Shown: positions 28,401 through 40,509 of the stretch, piece after piece
How positions within the stretch are numbered: position 1 is the first letter of the stretch
Layout of the letters: each line of letters begins with the position of its first letter
Origin: Schmidtea polychroa
Lineage: Eukaryota
NCBI GenBank assembly: GCA_044892525.1
Contig: CM097887.1
Span: 26,970,001-27,034,000 of the forward strand
Direction: 5' to 3'
DNA length: 64,000 nt
Program-made: the position numbers and the translations under genes
The notes under the pieces: generated by a model
Database searches by the model: none
What the model saw: the letters and a program-made list of their open reading frames with translations, nothing else
Told to the model about the DNA's origin: nothing

Positions 28401-31212
28401 TTCATTTGTATAAAATATTCTAGAATTTGAGTATTTATACCAAAATATAAGCACGTGCTAAATAACCATTTTAAAACAGGAGATTCTCAATGACAAAGAT
28501 GATGTCAAACATATTTGGCCAGAGCAATTGCCATTATCTTGTCTCAGAGTCCTAGCGTTACGCAGTAATGGTTTACATAATGAAGCTGTCAAGCTTGCCT
28601 TATCAATTTGTCGATATTTAATTGGTCAACGTCCACAAATTACTACGCAATCTCGACCAGTTAAACCTATTGAACCGACTACACCGGCTAACCAGTCTTG
28701 TTGTTGTTGTCTAGATAATTCATCGACAGTAGACTCTAAATCAACTGCAATATCATCATTCAATTGTCTCCTTCAAAAATACTCCAATTGTACTGATATT
28801 ACTGAAAATATTAACGATTCCGAACGACAGACATGTGAGCTTCCTCTCTCAGAATCTTTTTTGAAATCATCAGAAATTTCATCCACGGTTTTAATGTCTT
28901 CCTCCACCGATTCGTTAGTGTCTTCGCCACTTCCAACAAATTATTCAACTATTAAAAATATCACACTAAATTCAAATAAGTCATCTTCTACCTCTACATG
29001 TTTTATGCAGACGTGCTCACCGCTATGGTTGTCCTCATCGAAACCTCCTTTACTTTCATCCAACATGGAATATAGTCTCAATCCATCTCTCTCATCTCAA
29101 CAACTGCCTTTACCCATCACAAATTCTACCGCTCCCATTTTACGATCAGGCTGGTTGGGAATCGTTGGTAATCCGATCAAAATCCTTGTCGAGTGTCTCC
29201 TTGAAGTCAGTAGGGTCGATTCCACATTAAACCAAACACAACAAATTTGTGGCAGCATCAAACCTCCATCTTCTGTTTCATATGATCATGTCAATATCGA
29301 AGCTACAGATTTGCCTGATATATCCTATCTTAATTTAGCATTACGAATCTCGATTTTAGCTCTTTGCCAAGAACGTTGTATGCCTCCAGACAAGCACAAA
29401 CAAGAACGTTGTCTCAATCAAGAAACCCGTTTGCTTGAATTGTTATCCACATTGCCGAAAGTCGATCCTGAATTAAGTCTTATTTTGGTTCAGTGTTTAC
29501 AGGCCGAATTGAATTGCGTTAACAACAGTGCTCTTTCTCCTAATTTACCACCGAATGCTTATCCGATGCATTGTACGGGAAATTTCTTTTTCAAATGGCT
29601 TCTTTCAATCAATCAAGATCTCGCCTATAGTCTCGTTCGTAGAGCAATGCGTTTACCGATTCTTGAAAATCATTCCGATCAACATCCTGAAGATCAATTG
29701 TTATTGCCTCCTCCTCCTTATCGGCGTATTACAGAATCGATTCGTTCTCAATTTCATTTATCTCAAATCCAATCCGTACCAATGCAACCTCCTCCGCTTT
29801 CACAATCGATTCCGAATCCTCCAATAATAACCACATCGATCAATGGAAGATGGCCGGTTTTGAGACGTGTCGAAGCCGCTCAATGTGAACTTGCTCTCAC
29901 AATGGTTCAAGCTGCCCGTGATTCTAGTCAACGATTGGATCAGGTTCTGAAAATATGTGATAGACATATTCACTCATCGACAAGTCTTTTCAAGTTATCT
30001 CAAGAAATCTGTTCCAAATGTTTCATGAATGCGCATTTACGATGTGCGGTTTTCCATTTGGCTCTCAATGTAGCCAGCCGTACTTTGCGTCGATCTCATT
30101 GGCGGCGCCGAGAAATGGTCCAATGGTTGATCAGTTGTGCTGTCCCGGTTGGTACTGTTGGAATTTTTCATTTGGTTTCAAACTGGCGGCATTATATCAC
30201 TCCGAAAGAAGCCGTTCTTCAAGTCGCTTCAACTCTTCTCGGTCCAACGCCGGGCTTGTCTCGAGTCATAGTGGAATCACATTCTCATCATTCATCTAGC
30301 GCACAGATTTCTGTAACTCAAGACGAACGTGTCCGACGGGAAGTGAGAAAAATGGCTTTAGAAGCAGCCTCGAAAGATCCTTTGCACTGTGGAATGCGAG
30401 CGCTGAGTTTATCGGAAAAAGATCCTCAAATGTTTGAAGCCACATATCAGGCGATATACGATGCTGCAGAACGGGGAGCAATCGGCCCAGCGGAACTCTT
30501 TTCTCTCGGCCGATATCTAGAACCCAGAAGCAATCGCAGAAAAGCCTACGCTCTGGCGTTATTCGCAATCAATTATCTTCAACCCGTCGAAGTCCAAGAT
30601 GTTTGCCCGGTTGCAACCGATCACGACATTTCCTGGGCTTGTATGCTTGCTCACAGCCTCGGCACTGAAGCCGTGTCGGAAATGATCAGCCAACTCGTGA
30701 GAAAAGTACGAACACCGCTTTTGTTAGCCGAGATTCTCCATCGATGTCGCCTCTCTCCGATTCTTGCTCATCAGCCATCATCCGATACAAATCGACGCAC
30801 GATAACAACCGCAACAGCAACAACCAACACCAACACAAACACCAACACCACAAACACCACAAACTCAACACCATCATCGGCATCATCGTTCAAAGTCTTC
30901 CTCGGTGTATCAGAACCACCTTTGCAATTGTTATTGAATGCAACCGTTGAAGCGTTCTTCAGTAGCACTCAACTCAGATTGGCCAATATCAGTCCGAGGC
31001 ATTATAATGATTTCTTGGAATTTCTCTGCAAAGCTCGGGATGTCTTCCTGTTAATTGTGCCTGGTGGCATGTGCAAGTTCAAGCAACTCATCGACAGCAT
31101 TCGTCATTCTCATCGTGGAAAAAGAAAGCTGAACAGTTTACTGAAAGAGCGTTTCCTGTTTGACAGTCTACCTATCACGGCTTCAGCAAGGAATAATAAT
31201 GACATGTTGTAA
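13294..31212 (+). CDS. ZSWIM4/5/6-like: ZSWIM4/5/6-family SWIM zinc-finger protein, 5'-partial; exons 13294-13421, 13481-13624, 17500-18083, 28480-31212 (about 1195 codons)
   Basis: All three introns are GT-AG with matching phases (1,1,0). The spliced protein reads [126 protein letters not shown], matching recalled ZSWIM4/5/6 blocks. The SWIM CxC..CxH motif is intact. Confidence 0.92.
14430..14665. other. Assembly gap (N run)
   Basis: Directly visible. Confidence 1.
15735..15880. other. Assembly gap (N run)
   Basis: Directly visible. Confidence 1.
15990..17170 (+). repeat. Two diverged direct copies of a ~200-bp AT-rich block (about 15990-16190 and 16980-17170), with (ATT)n tracts and an (AT)n run at 16358-16442
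   Basis: Shared gccttttg(a/c)tgcaaataat and tgctgctacca..actttata..(tta)n. Confidence 0.7.
18285..18448. other. Assembly gap (N run)
   Basis: Directly visible. Confidence 1.
19230..19960 (-). mobile_element. Decayed, rearranged Penelope-like RT fragments
   Basis: With frameshifts: Y.L...K....LRx[25 protein letters not shown] and ICDRLF..F..YK, which are Penelope RT motifs. Confidence 0.55.
19352..19486 (-). pseudogene. Actin pseudogene fragment (about residues 249-293)
   Basis: Reads [45 protein letters not shown]; 32/45 identical by manual alignment to recalled actin [45 protein letters not shown]. Confidence 0.9.
21247..21975 (-). mobile_element. Internally deleted piggyBac element
   Basis: [20 protein letters not shown] (PGBD4-like) plus a C-terminal Cys-rich domain [33 protein letters not shown] end at about 21243-21252; the other end is degraded. 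Confidence 0.8.
23950..24960 (-). mobile_element. Decayed hAT-like DDE transposase (CxxH type)
   Basis: Frame [68 protein letters not shown] resembles the GCDGT..NTG..LE..RPLQW.ICLLH.NEL family. Confidence 0.6.
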
Positions 31213-31415
31213 TAAAATATATTATAATAAACACTTGTGCATTGAAATTAGTCTCGTTTTTTCTATTTGCTTCCATTTATCACTGCAACAATCATTTTTG
31301 TTATTTGTCTACCACTCTATAAATTTATTTATTTTGAAATGTTATCAGTCCATCTCAGTACAAGTTTTTTTTATTTGCATTCTGTAAATATATCGCATGA
31401 TATTACGATGTTTTT

Positions 31416-31904
31416 NNNNNNNNNNNNNNNNNNNNNNNNNNNNNNNNNNNNNNNNNNNNNNNNNNNNNNNNNNNNNNNNNNNNNNNNNNNNNNNNNNNNN
31501 NNNNNNNNNNNNNNNNNNNNNNNNNNNNNNNNNNNNNNNNNNNNNNNNNNNNNNNNNNNNNNNNNNNNNNNNNNNNNNNNNNNNNNNNNNNNNNNNNNNN
31601 NNNNNNNNNNNNNNNNNNNNNNNNNNNNNNNNNNNNNNNNNNNNNNNNNNNNNNNNNNNNNNNNNNNNNNNNNNNNNNNNNNNNNNNNNNNNNNNNNNNN
31701 NNNNNNNNNNNNNNNNNNNNNNNNNNNNNNNNNNNNNNNNNNNNNNNNNNNNNNNNNNNNNNNNNNNNNNNNNNNNNNNNNNNNNNNNNNNNNNNNNNNN
31801 NNNNNNNNNNNNNNNNNNNNNNNNNNNNNNNNNNNNNNNNNNNNNNNNNNNNNNNNNNNNNNNNNNNNNNNNNNNNNNNNNNNNNNNNNNNNNNNNNNNN
31901 NNNN
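31416..31904. other. Assembly gap (N run)
   Basis: Directly visible. Confidence 1.
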
Positions 31905-33479
31905 ATTTTTTATGAAAATTGTCTGATATTTTTGTTGAATGCCAATAGCAAAATTGTGACCCTATTTGTGTGTGTGTGTGTGTTTTTCGTGCGCATTGAT
32001 TAAAAATTTTTCAGTGCAAGTGTTGAAAATCGCAAAATGATTTTATGTGAACAATTGTCAATAAATTGTAGATAATTCAGTTCCATGTTTTGGAGCATAT
32101 TTTTTGTAATAAAAAATAAAGACTGTGATAAATAAATTAGTCTTAATTTTCCATTGTGTATTAAAGAGTTATTTTTGATATTGATGGTAATGAGAATTTG
32201 TGGAAATGCTTTTGTAATTTCCTAGCGTTTTCGGTGGGGGTTTTTTTCTAATTTTGACCATGAAATTCATATTAAAAGCTAATTGTTTATGAAATTGATA
32301 TCTGCGCGATTGGATGACTTTTATTTTTAAGGGTTTGAAGACGTTTAGACTAATTTGTTTACTGTATTGTTATGAAATATGATGTATTGCCAAATACGAA
32401 ATGTAATCATTTCAATTGTTTCATGATAATATTTAGTATTTTAAAGCTACAATAAAATATATATCCTTTTATAAAAAGGCATTTTTTTCCTTTTTCGTAA
32501 ATTTATGGGTAAGTTCCAAAAATAAAATATAATAGATTCAAAACTTTTTGTTTTAATGAACTTCTTCCACGGTAATAGAAGGTAGTCGGAGCATTGGAAG
32601 TTTCTTTGCAATGCGAAATCGAAATTAAGCAGTTAACTTATGAGATCAGTTTAATGAAAAATAAAAGGTGAGGATATGACAAATGAATTGGTTATATTAA
32701 AGTTTTGACGTAATTCCTTAATAATTTTGCTCACCGCGTCATTTTAAATAAATTCCCTCCATATTGTTCAATTTCAGTTTTTTATAGTTTTATTAATATT
32801 GTTAGGCTTGTCCATAAAATAACAAAATAACAATTATTTGTCTGATTTCAAGACTCCTGTTGTTATTAACAATAAATTATTTTTATTGACCACCACTATT
32901 CCAATTTATTCTCAGATTTCCTGACTTCAATTGCACAGAATGATTAGACGATTTAACAGTTTTAGTTCTTTTTTTTACAACAGTTACAAATGCTCTTCAA
33001 TAAATCTAAATTCATGATTTATTGACTTGACTATTGTTGGGAAAAAATTGACTCTAGACAGGAATAAGTAACGTGACGAAATGTGTCGGAAATATTCAAT
33101 TCCAATATGGCTTTTCTATACATTACATGAAATTAACCGATACAAACTGATTCAAAATCGGGATCACATCACGACACGAAGGGAATTTTCTTTGTTGGAC
33201 TCTGGAACTAAAGCGATTGCATGTCACATCTCCAGCTAAGATGACGCAGCAATTGACCGATTCCAATATTTATCGAAAATCCAGTCGGTGAGGGACACAC
33301 CAAATATCGCAACTGAGACAAGCATGTACACTCAATTACATGCGCTCAGTCAGTATGTAATTCGCTGATACTGGAATTATTTTGAATGCTTAGTAAACTG
33401 CACAAGAAAATGCGAACTTCAAGTCAAGAACCAGACTCCTCATCCAGAGGCATCGATAGAAATATTTTGACGACTACCG

Positions 33480-34436
33480 ATGATAAGAATCCCCACGAAC
33501 AAACCTCAATATGCTCAACCAAAACCAACCGTCAAAATATGGAAGCCGAAAACTTATATATATATAAACCTACCAAGACCCCACTACTCTAGCCCAATTC
33601 CAAAAAAATCAATCACTAACCAAGAAATCTTTAATCGTAAGAAACTTAAAATCAGATATAATATGAGATTTGAAAACCTATTAACAAATACTGACGCAAA
33701 TTACCCAGAAAGCAGCGATACCAATGAATCAACTTATAAAAATTCCGGCTCCAATACCACCAACTTTGAATTAACTACTAATCGAAACAATGAAAGATAC
33801 GCCAAAATCAGTAATATTATAAACTCGATCATCTCAACCTATCCAGACCTATCCGAACCTCTAAAGCCTGAACATTTACACCAAATATCCATGCTTACTA
33901 ACTCAATGAATTCGCCAAACTCCGAACTACCAGCTACTAATATCTCATATGATAATGACGTCCCAAATACTACTGAATCTTATTATGATAAATTCCCAAA
34001 TATTACTGAATCCCATTATGATGACTTCCGAAATTCTAATGAACCATATTATACGAAAGACTCTCCAACTATAGCAGAATCCGTTTATATGAAAGACTGT
34101 CCAATTAATCCAGAATTCTACTATGAATCCTACTTTGATGACTTTCCAACTATTGCAGAATCCGTAAACATGATACCCACACTCTCTGAATCCATAAATA
34201 TACCATCACTCTCCAACCGGAACGACGATAGCCTAATAGACAACCACTGCAGCGAAGATGGTAGTAAACTCCTGCAAAGGTTACTCAATAATATCCAAAC
34301 CGACCCAAAAATGTTCCAAGTCATGCATGAATATATGCAAATAAGGAAAAATGTTAACTGTGAAGAACTAACCAATGATGCACCAAGAAACCTAAATAAG
34401 AAACAAAATAAAAAGAAGAAGAAAAAACGGCATTAA
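33480..34436 (+). CDS. Orphan 318-aa ORF with ~11-aa degenerate repeats and a poly-Lys (NLS-like) C-terminus; probably TE-borne
   Basis: Repeats ESYYDKFPNIT/ESHYDDFRNSN/ESYFDDFPTIA; A/C strand skew; the same frame continues upstream to about 33190 with three stops. Confidence 0.45.
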   Translation: MIRIPTNKPQYAQPKPTVKIWKPKTYIYINLPRPHYSSPIPKKSITNQEIFNRKKLKIRYNMRFENLLTNTDANYPESSDTNESTYKNSGSNTTNFELTTNRNNERYAKISNIINSIISTYPDLSEPLKPEHLHQISMLTNSMNSPNSELPATNISYDNDVPNTTESYYDKFPNITESHYDDFRNSNEPYYTKDSPTIAESVYMKDCPINPEFYYESYFDDFPTIAESVNMIPTLSESINIPSLSNRNDDSLIDNHCSEDGSKLLQRLLNNIQTDPKMFQVMHEYMQIRKNVNCEELTNDAPRNLNKKQNKKKKKKRH

Positions 34437-34674
34437 ACGTATGTCACAACTATCATTGGGTAAATGTAAGGATCCTTGTATGGGTCCTGCTCATTGATAG
34501 TTTCATTTCCTTTACTTTTTAGTGTTCTTATCTATATTATATCTCTTTCCATTATCTTAAACTCTATGAATACTACACTATTAGTATATATAAATTATTA
34601 ACGCTATAAAAATCCAATAAATGGAGTCTTTCTACTCCGAAAACTTCTAGAAAACAAAACAGCATCTAACTTAT

Positions 34675-34952
34675 CAGACAGAGGAACAGCTATACCTGAA
34701 AGCCTCTCCTAATCCAAACCAGCTCGGACTACCTCAATATGTTAGTTCAACATATGCGAAAGCGGATGAATCGGACTACACTTGGATCTAGCCGAATGAT
34801 ATCAGAACTAAACTCGCCAGACAGAGGCTATGACTGCTAAGACGGGAAAGCCTCTCCTAAACAACAGAATCTGCTCGGACTACTAGGCTCTGGCAGATAA
34901 TTAACTCATCAGACAGAGACTGCGATTGTGAAGACAAGAAAGCCTCTCCTAA
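34675..34952 (+). repeat. Three diverged direct repeats CAGACAGAG...GAAAGCCTCTCCTAA, LTR/U3-like
   Basis: Copies start near 34676, 34819 and 34910. Confidence 0.75.
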
Positions 34953-35194
34953 CCTACGAATGAATGTCCGGTGCTGATATGCGGGCCATGGCCGAGCGTG
35001 ATTATGCTTGGCCATGGTTAGCTTCTATTTGCCCGTATGATGCTTACCGGAGAACAACAACCAACGTCCAATTGCGGGAGTTTCCAACTCTAGCAATAAA
35101 AGATTTGAAGTATTAAGAAACAGGAAAAATTAAGTGGCGGAAGTTCCCCCCTTCGGCCTTATGGCCAGTTGGAATTTATTAAAATAAAATTTGA

Positions 35195-35218
35195 TTTTTT
35201 TTTTTTTTTTTTTTTTTT
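35195..35218. repeat. Poly-T(24), a possible retroposition tail on the minus strand
   Basis: Directly visible; no TSD identified. Confidence 0.6.
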
Positions 35219-36701
35219 AATGCAATGGAAGATTATAATGAAATTATAAATTTAATTAAAAATAGGTGTAAGTAATACCAGTAGTATCAGTTGAAAGATA
35301 GGCGAAGAAAAGATTGAAAAGAAAACACAACGGCCTACGACGAAGAAAAGCAGGTCAGGGAAGGCCGAGCCAGCACGGCTTCGGGCTCGTAGAGAAGAGC
35401 GTATTCCCGAAAGCCAGAAATGGTCAATTGTTGCAATGTAAATTAACAAATATCGCCTACAATATTGTGATTTATTTGATAAATACTGGGTTCAAAACAG
35501 TTAATTTTAACTAATAGGTGACAAACGGTGAGGGACCTAAAAATAGTCTGACATAGGCCTTCCATCGGCAGTCCACAAACCTGCTCTAGTACAGGCCGAT
35601 TATAGTGTACAAAGGTACGCTCACTTTTAGCAAGTACCCACCCACTCGATACAGTTCTAACGTTGATCACTCAACGGATATCGAGCCGTACATCATTTTT
35701 GTATTGTCTTACGCTGAAACCAACACGAAAAGGTAAGATATAGATTACCTGTAACCCACCACTATTGTTTTTGGTTTCATTATTTTGACAAAATCAATTT
35801 AATTACTCTACTTTTACCATGATTTCTCCTTTTTGATTTATTAGTTGAATATCAGTTTCTATACATTCTCTACATTGATTTATAACTATTCATCAAAAAG
35901 ATTTTATGGATTTTAAACGCGCCTTATTACGATTTTGTGTAAAACCCGCATAATATATAATCAAACTACTATCCCTTTGATTTCACATGGTTCGTTACAA
36001 AAATAACTTCAATCCCAATTAAGCCTACGAAATTATGCTGGTTATACGGTAAAGGCAAAACGTTACACTTATCAACTTTTCCTACCCAATCTTGTTACTG
36101 CAACCCATAATGTGTTTGTTAGCAACGTTGACACTAGTGAATGGCCGTCAGCAATAAGTGAGTTACATCACTAGGGTTGCTAATACCCTGACGCACATTT
36201 GAGTCTATGGGCTTACTATAGAAAGTAATGTGCCCTAGCTCATGATTTTCCCTTTATTGCCGAAATTTATTACAATACAGTGGTATCACGCAATAACGGT
36301 ACTCTTAAATCTCCGTCCGCGATACTCACCACATTTGGTTTGATTGGGTAATAATTTCTATAATATAAGTTGATGTGCGAATCAATTTCATAATTAATAA
36401 TTTCCTGAAATTTATGTTACTATGGACATTTTGAAAATGGCTGTCGAGTATGACTTTTTTACAAATAAATTTTAAGGCTTGGATTTCGATTTCAAGAAAA
36501 TATGAGATTTTTAATTAAGCTCTTAAATACTATTAATTTTTTAATTGTTTTTATTTCACATTTATTTATAATTAATTTTTTCAGACTTTCGGGAATTTAT
36601 GCCATTAAGATTTGGAATTATATTTCCATTTAAAGTGAGCTAGATCAATTTTAAAAAAAGATTTCTATTACAACATACAAAATGGCATTTACAATTAGAG
36701 A

Positions 36702-37404
36702 AAGTGGTGTGATTCAAAATATTTAATAATCGGTTCGCACCCTCAAAACATTTGGGAGATTGCTTTTCACTTCATCACTGAATTTCACAGTATTATATGA
36801 AGGTACTACTTCTACAGTTTGATCACTGAAGGTGGCAATTCTGCTTCTGCTGTTTGTACAATATTAGTTAAATCGCGGTTTGTTATTGGGGTTATATCTT
36901 CGCCAGATTTCGGCTTCTTTAGAAAAAAATTGGACGAAACTTGTTGTCCAGAGCGCTTAATGATGGCTGGAACAAATACCGAGAATTTACATAAGAACAA
37001 CTAATATAATTTACTTTGATGTAAATTTAACGTTGATTATTTTATTAAATAATATATTTCATTTAACAAATTGTTAATATACTTACAATTTTTATGCAAT
37101 TCGCGTGTTTTTACTATTCACTTGTTTTTACAACACTATTTGTATACTATTTTTAAACAAAATTTGTGACCACAGTAACAAAAATTTTAAAACTAAATTC
37201 AAATCATAAATTGCAAGCATGCCTCTGTAAAATTTTTGAATTTCGTTTGTGATTTTTTAAATTTTTTCTTGGTAATTGTAGGAAGGCAAATTTTTTTGAA
37301 TTTCGTATGTGATTGTTTACTTTGCTTTTCATTTCTTTGTTAATAGCCGGTAGAATAGAAACGGTTTGCGCGAACCGGTGTAAACCGGCTGAATCCCATC
37401 ACTG
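36702..37404. mobile_element. hAT non-autonomous element of the CAGTGGTGGGATTCA type
   Basis: Left end aagtggtgtgattcaaaat..cggttc; right end (rc) cagtgatgggattcagccggtt; TSD degraded. Confidence 0.55.
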
Positions 37405-37409
37405 CATCT

Positions 37410-37930
37410 AGAGAAAGAAAAGTTGTGTTTTATATTAAATGATAAACTAGAAATAATAAAGTTAAGCGACAAAGACCTATCTAATACTTATTTCGAACGT
37501 CAATCAGTAACATATTTCAGATATTCATTAAAGAGCATAAGCTATTAAAAATGTGCTGGAAGGAAAGATGCTGATGTTCAAGACGGTCTCTGGGGCAGTG
37601 TTGTCACCTTTGAAAAATTTTTGACCCTGACATTTCAGTAAAAAAAAAATTTTGGATCACGAAACCCGGACAGTTGGTAACCCTGCTCTGGGGCCAGTGA
37701 CAAGCAGTAGTCCGACATGAAGATCTTTTGTTATAAAAAATTATACAAACGAAGTCAAGGTTCCAAAAATTGGTAATGAAACGGGAACTCCTGCCAACAA
37801 ACGAATTATACAAGCTGCTGAGTGAATTAAATCAGGCCCATCTTGATACACCTGAATGAAAAGATTTGGGTGTTAATAACCCAAGGTCAAGTGCCCTCGT
37901 TTGACCTCGAATTGGCAAAATTGTGAAGGA
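37410..37930 (+). mobile_element. Decayed Gypsy integrase zinc-binding region, host of the 90-bp MITE
   Basis: LLSELNQAHL..*KDL..V*PRI resembles LxELHxAHxG..MKxLAR..WWPxI. Confidence 0.4.
37596..37685. mobile_element. 90-bp hAT MITE
   Basis: TIRs CAGTGTTGTCACCT and CAGGGTTACCAACT (rc); perfect 8-bp TSD CTCTGGGG. Confidence 0.85.
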
Positions 37931-38997
37931 CTTCACAGAACAACCGAATACTGTTATTTAACAATTTTACAATTGATTTCTTCGTGAAGTCTTAGATCTT
38001 TATATAATTTTTCAATTAAAAACCTTACAAGTGACTTAAGTAAATTGAATGTGATTTAGGTATGTTGATTAATTATGAGTTTGACGATGTAAATAGTATC
38101 AGTATAATAAGATTAATTCAGTGAGAATTTAAATGGTATGGTGGCGAGAGAAAACAACCCAGATTCTTTTAGAGTCATTGCAAAATTTATAGTTGTTTTA
38201 GCAATTGTATTAATACGTATCTTGAAAAAGTCTTATTATTAATTAAATATTTGATTTTATTCTTTTGGGAAATTCTAGTACTGGAATAGGTTTGTACACA
38301 CCTTACACAATTGCAATTCGAGAAGGACAGTTGTAAAAAGATAGCAGAACTTTTGAAGCTGTGTCATCGGGAATTAAAAGAATGTGGTTCAAGTTTGCAG
38401 AAATGTAGGAAATCTCGAAAGCAAAGATACTAATTTGGGAGCAGTCAGGGGCAAACTCGGAAACTACTCCAGGATGCCAGAGCTAACTTAAAGAAATTGT
38501 GGTACTCCGAGTTGGAATTGTCGTTTTATTTATATTATTTAGTTCTTCTATTTAACTTTAACTTGCTGATAATGTCATTATACCAACCGCTTTTGTGATT
38601 ATCAACCAAATATTTAAATAATTAATTAATTTGTTATTAAGGATTTATTTTTATTTAACCCGGAGTCTCCATCAAATTTTCATTAATATACTTGTCTTTA
38701 ACTTCACATCACTAACATTATTTTACAACGGGTGCCAAGTGATCGACTAATATGATGTGAGGTTTCTAGATGAATAAGTACGGTGATCTTACTCACAAAC
38801 TCAGCAATTAATTAAATATTTATAATTGCATAACTTGATTTTTTTATAAGTTTATATTTTATAAGAACTTTTTTCAATTTTGACCTCTAATTTCTTTTCG
38901 ATTGACATTGTATTTATTAGAAAATTTTGACTAATAATCAGTAAAGATATTGATGTTTTTTTGATATTTACGAATTTTCAGCGCAGCCTATTTGAAG

Positions 38998-39407
38998 TAA
39001 ACTTTTCGTAAAATCATTGAAAGTGCACCACATATTGCGGAAATGAAATATTTATATTATTTTTAAATTATTAACTAAATATCAATTTTCTTTTAATTCT
39101 TAATTTTTATTTTGCATCAAGGAAAAAACGAATTAATAGTAAATATAAATTTTAAAAATTTAAATAAAATATAAATTTAAATAAATATATAAATTTAAAT
39201 AAAAATATAATTTTCTAATTTTCTAATAAATTTATATTTTTATTTAAATTTTTAAGTTATATTTACTATTAATTCGTTTTTTCCTTGATGCAAAATAAAA
39301 ATTAAGAATTAAAAGAAAATTGATATTTAGTTAATAATTTAAAAATAATATAAATATTTCATTTCCGCAATATGTGATTCACTTTCATTGATTTTACGAA
39401 AAGTTTA
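38998..39407. repeat. Near-perfect foldback: ~180-bp arms, ~45-bp AT spacer
   Basis: 38998-39180 is the reverse complement of 39228-39407 with only a handful of mismatches. Confidence 0.92.
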
Positions 39408-39899
39408 TCCTATTTTCTGTTATTTCCTTAATATTTTATTTTACATTGAGTTACTTGGTGTTGATATAGTAGTTTTAAATTAAATTATTAAAACTTTTAA
39501 TTCATACTCGATGCCTATTTATGTGTTAGTATATTAGTAAAACAAATTATCAATATCTTGCTTAGCTCAATATCAAGTATGGATATTTCTACGAGAATTG
39601 ACATTCAGATAATGTTTTAAACTTTTGTAAAGAAATTTAAAAAAATTTTTATAACATAATTTTTTCATTCAGTGAAAATTTGCAATAAATAACCTGGATT
39701 CAATAAAAAATTATTGAAAATAAGATAAAAAATACCCTAACCATTGAGTGTTGTATCTGAATAGTCATTATCCTTATCATTATAGTCATTATCCTTAGGA
39801 ATGATGTTGATAAATTGTTATCACAGGATCTTTCATACTTATAATAATCTAAATTATGTAAACGTAATTAATTTAAAAATAACAAAGGAAATATTTTAA

Positions 39900-40142
39900 C
39901 CCTTAAATGCATGATGATGTATTTATATATCAGTGTATTTGTCCTTAAATAATTTCTAAACGGTAACTCAAACACAGTATTTTTTGCTTTTATTAGGTGC
40001 TAAAAATATTTATCTTAGTTTCTGAACGCAAGCTGTCACAATATGGCAGTTAACTTTTTCAATTGTCAAAATTTGACAGCTTGGCGCAGCATTTTCGAAT
40101 ACGCACTTTAGCGGTCAAATTAAAAAATCATGCATTTAAGGG
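39900..40142. mobile_element. piggyBac-type MITE, 243 bp
   Basis: Perfect 15-bp TIR CCCTTAAATGCATGA; TTAA TSD at 39896-99 and 40143-46. Confidence 0.9.
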
Positions 40143-40509
40143 TTAAACTTTGAAAGTAAAATATTAGATAACATTTTAATCGTAATTGAACTTTAAAAGA
40201 ATACTTGAAATAATTTATTTAAAAAATATTTAAAATAATATTTAAAATATTTCTAGGCTTACATAACTTATGTTCTATAAAATTTTATTGAGAATACTTT
40301 TAAAAATAATAGTCTAAATTTAAAAAATCAGTGTTGTTTTAAAAAGTAAGTTAATTCTTGTTATACTTAATTATAATAACATAACAATTATAAATTACAT
40401 GCGTAATGTATTTCTAACTTCCATTTAAAAAATTATGTATATATTTATTTAATAAAAATTATTCATAGAAATTTGTTTCTTTAACTTGACTTTATTTTAG
40501 AATTAAATA

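Noticed and set aside
14406-31926. Track ORFs made mostly of X (14406, 14413, 15510, 15659, 18211, 18273, 31267, 31397)
   Set aside because: Artefacts of N gaps.
33186-33215. LLDSG as a protease motif upstream of the orphan ORF
   Set aside because: An isolated 5-mer with no downstream GxD/N motif.
34675-34952. Hammerhead ribozymes in the triple repeat (agaggc..GAAAgcctct)
   Set aside because: CUGANGA is not intact in any copy, and the spacing is too short.
36000-36150. Penelope RT remnant (LYG..K..H)
   Set aside because: Too degraded to support.
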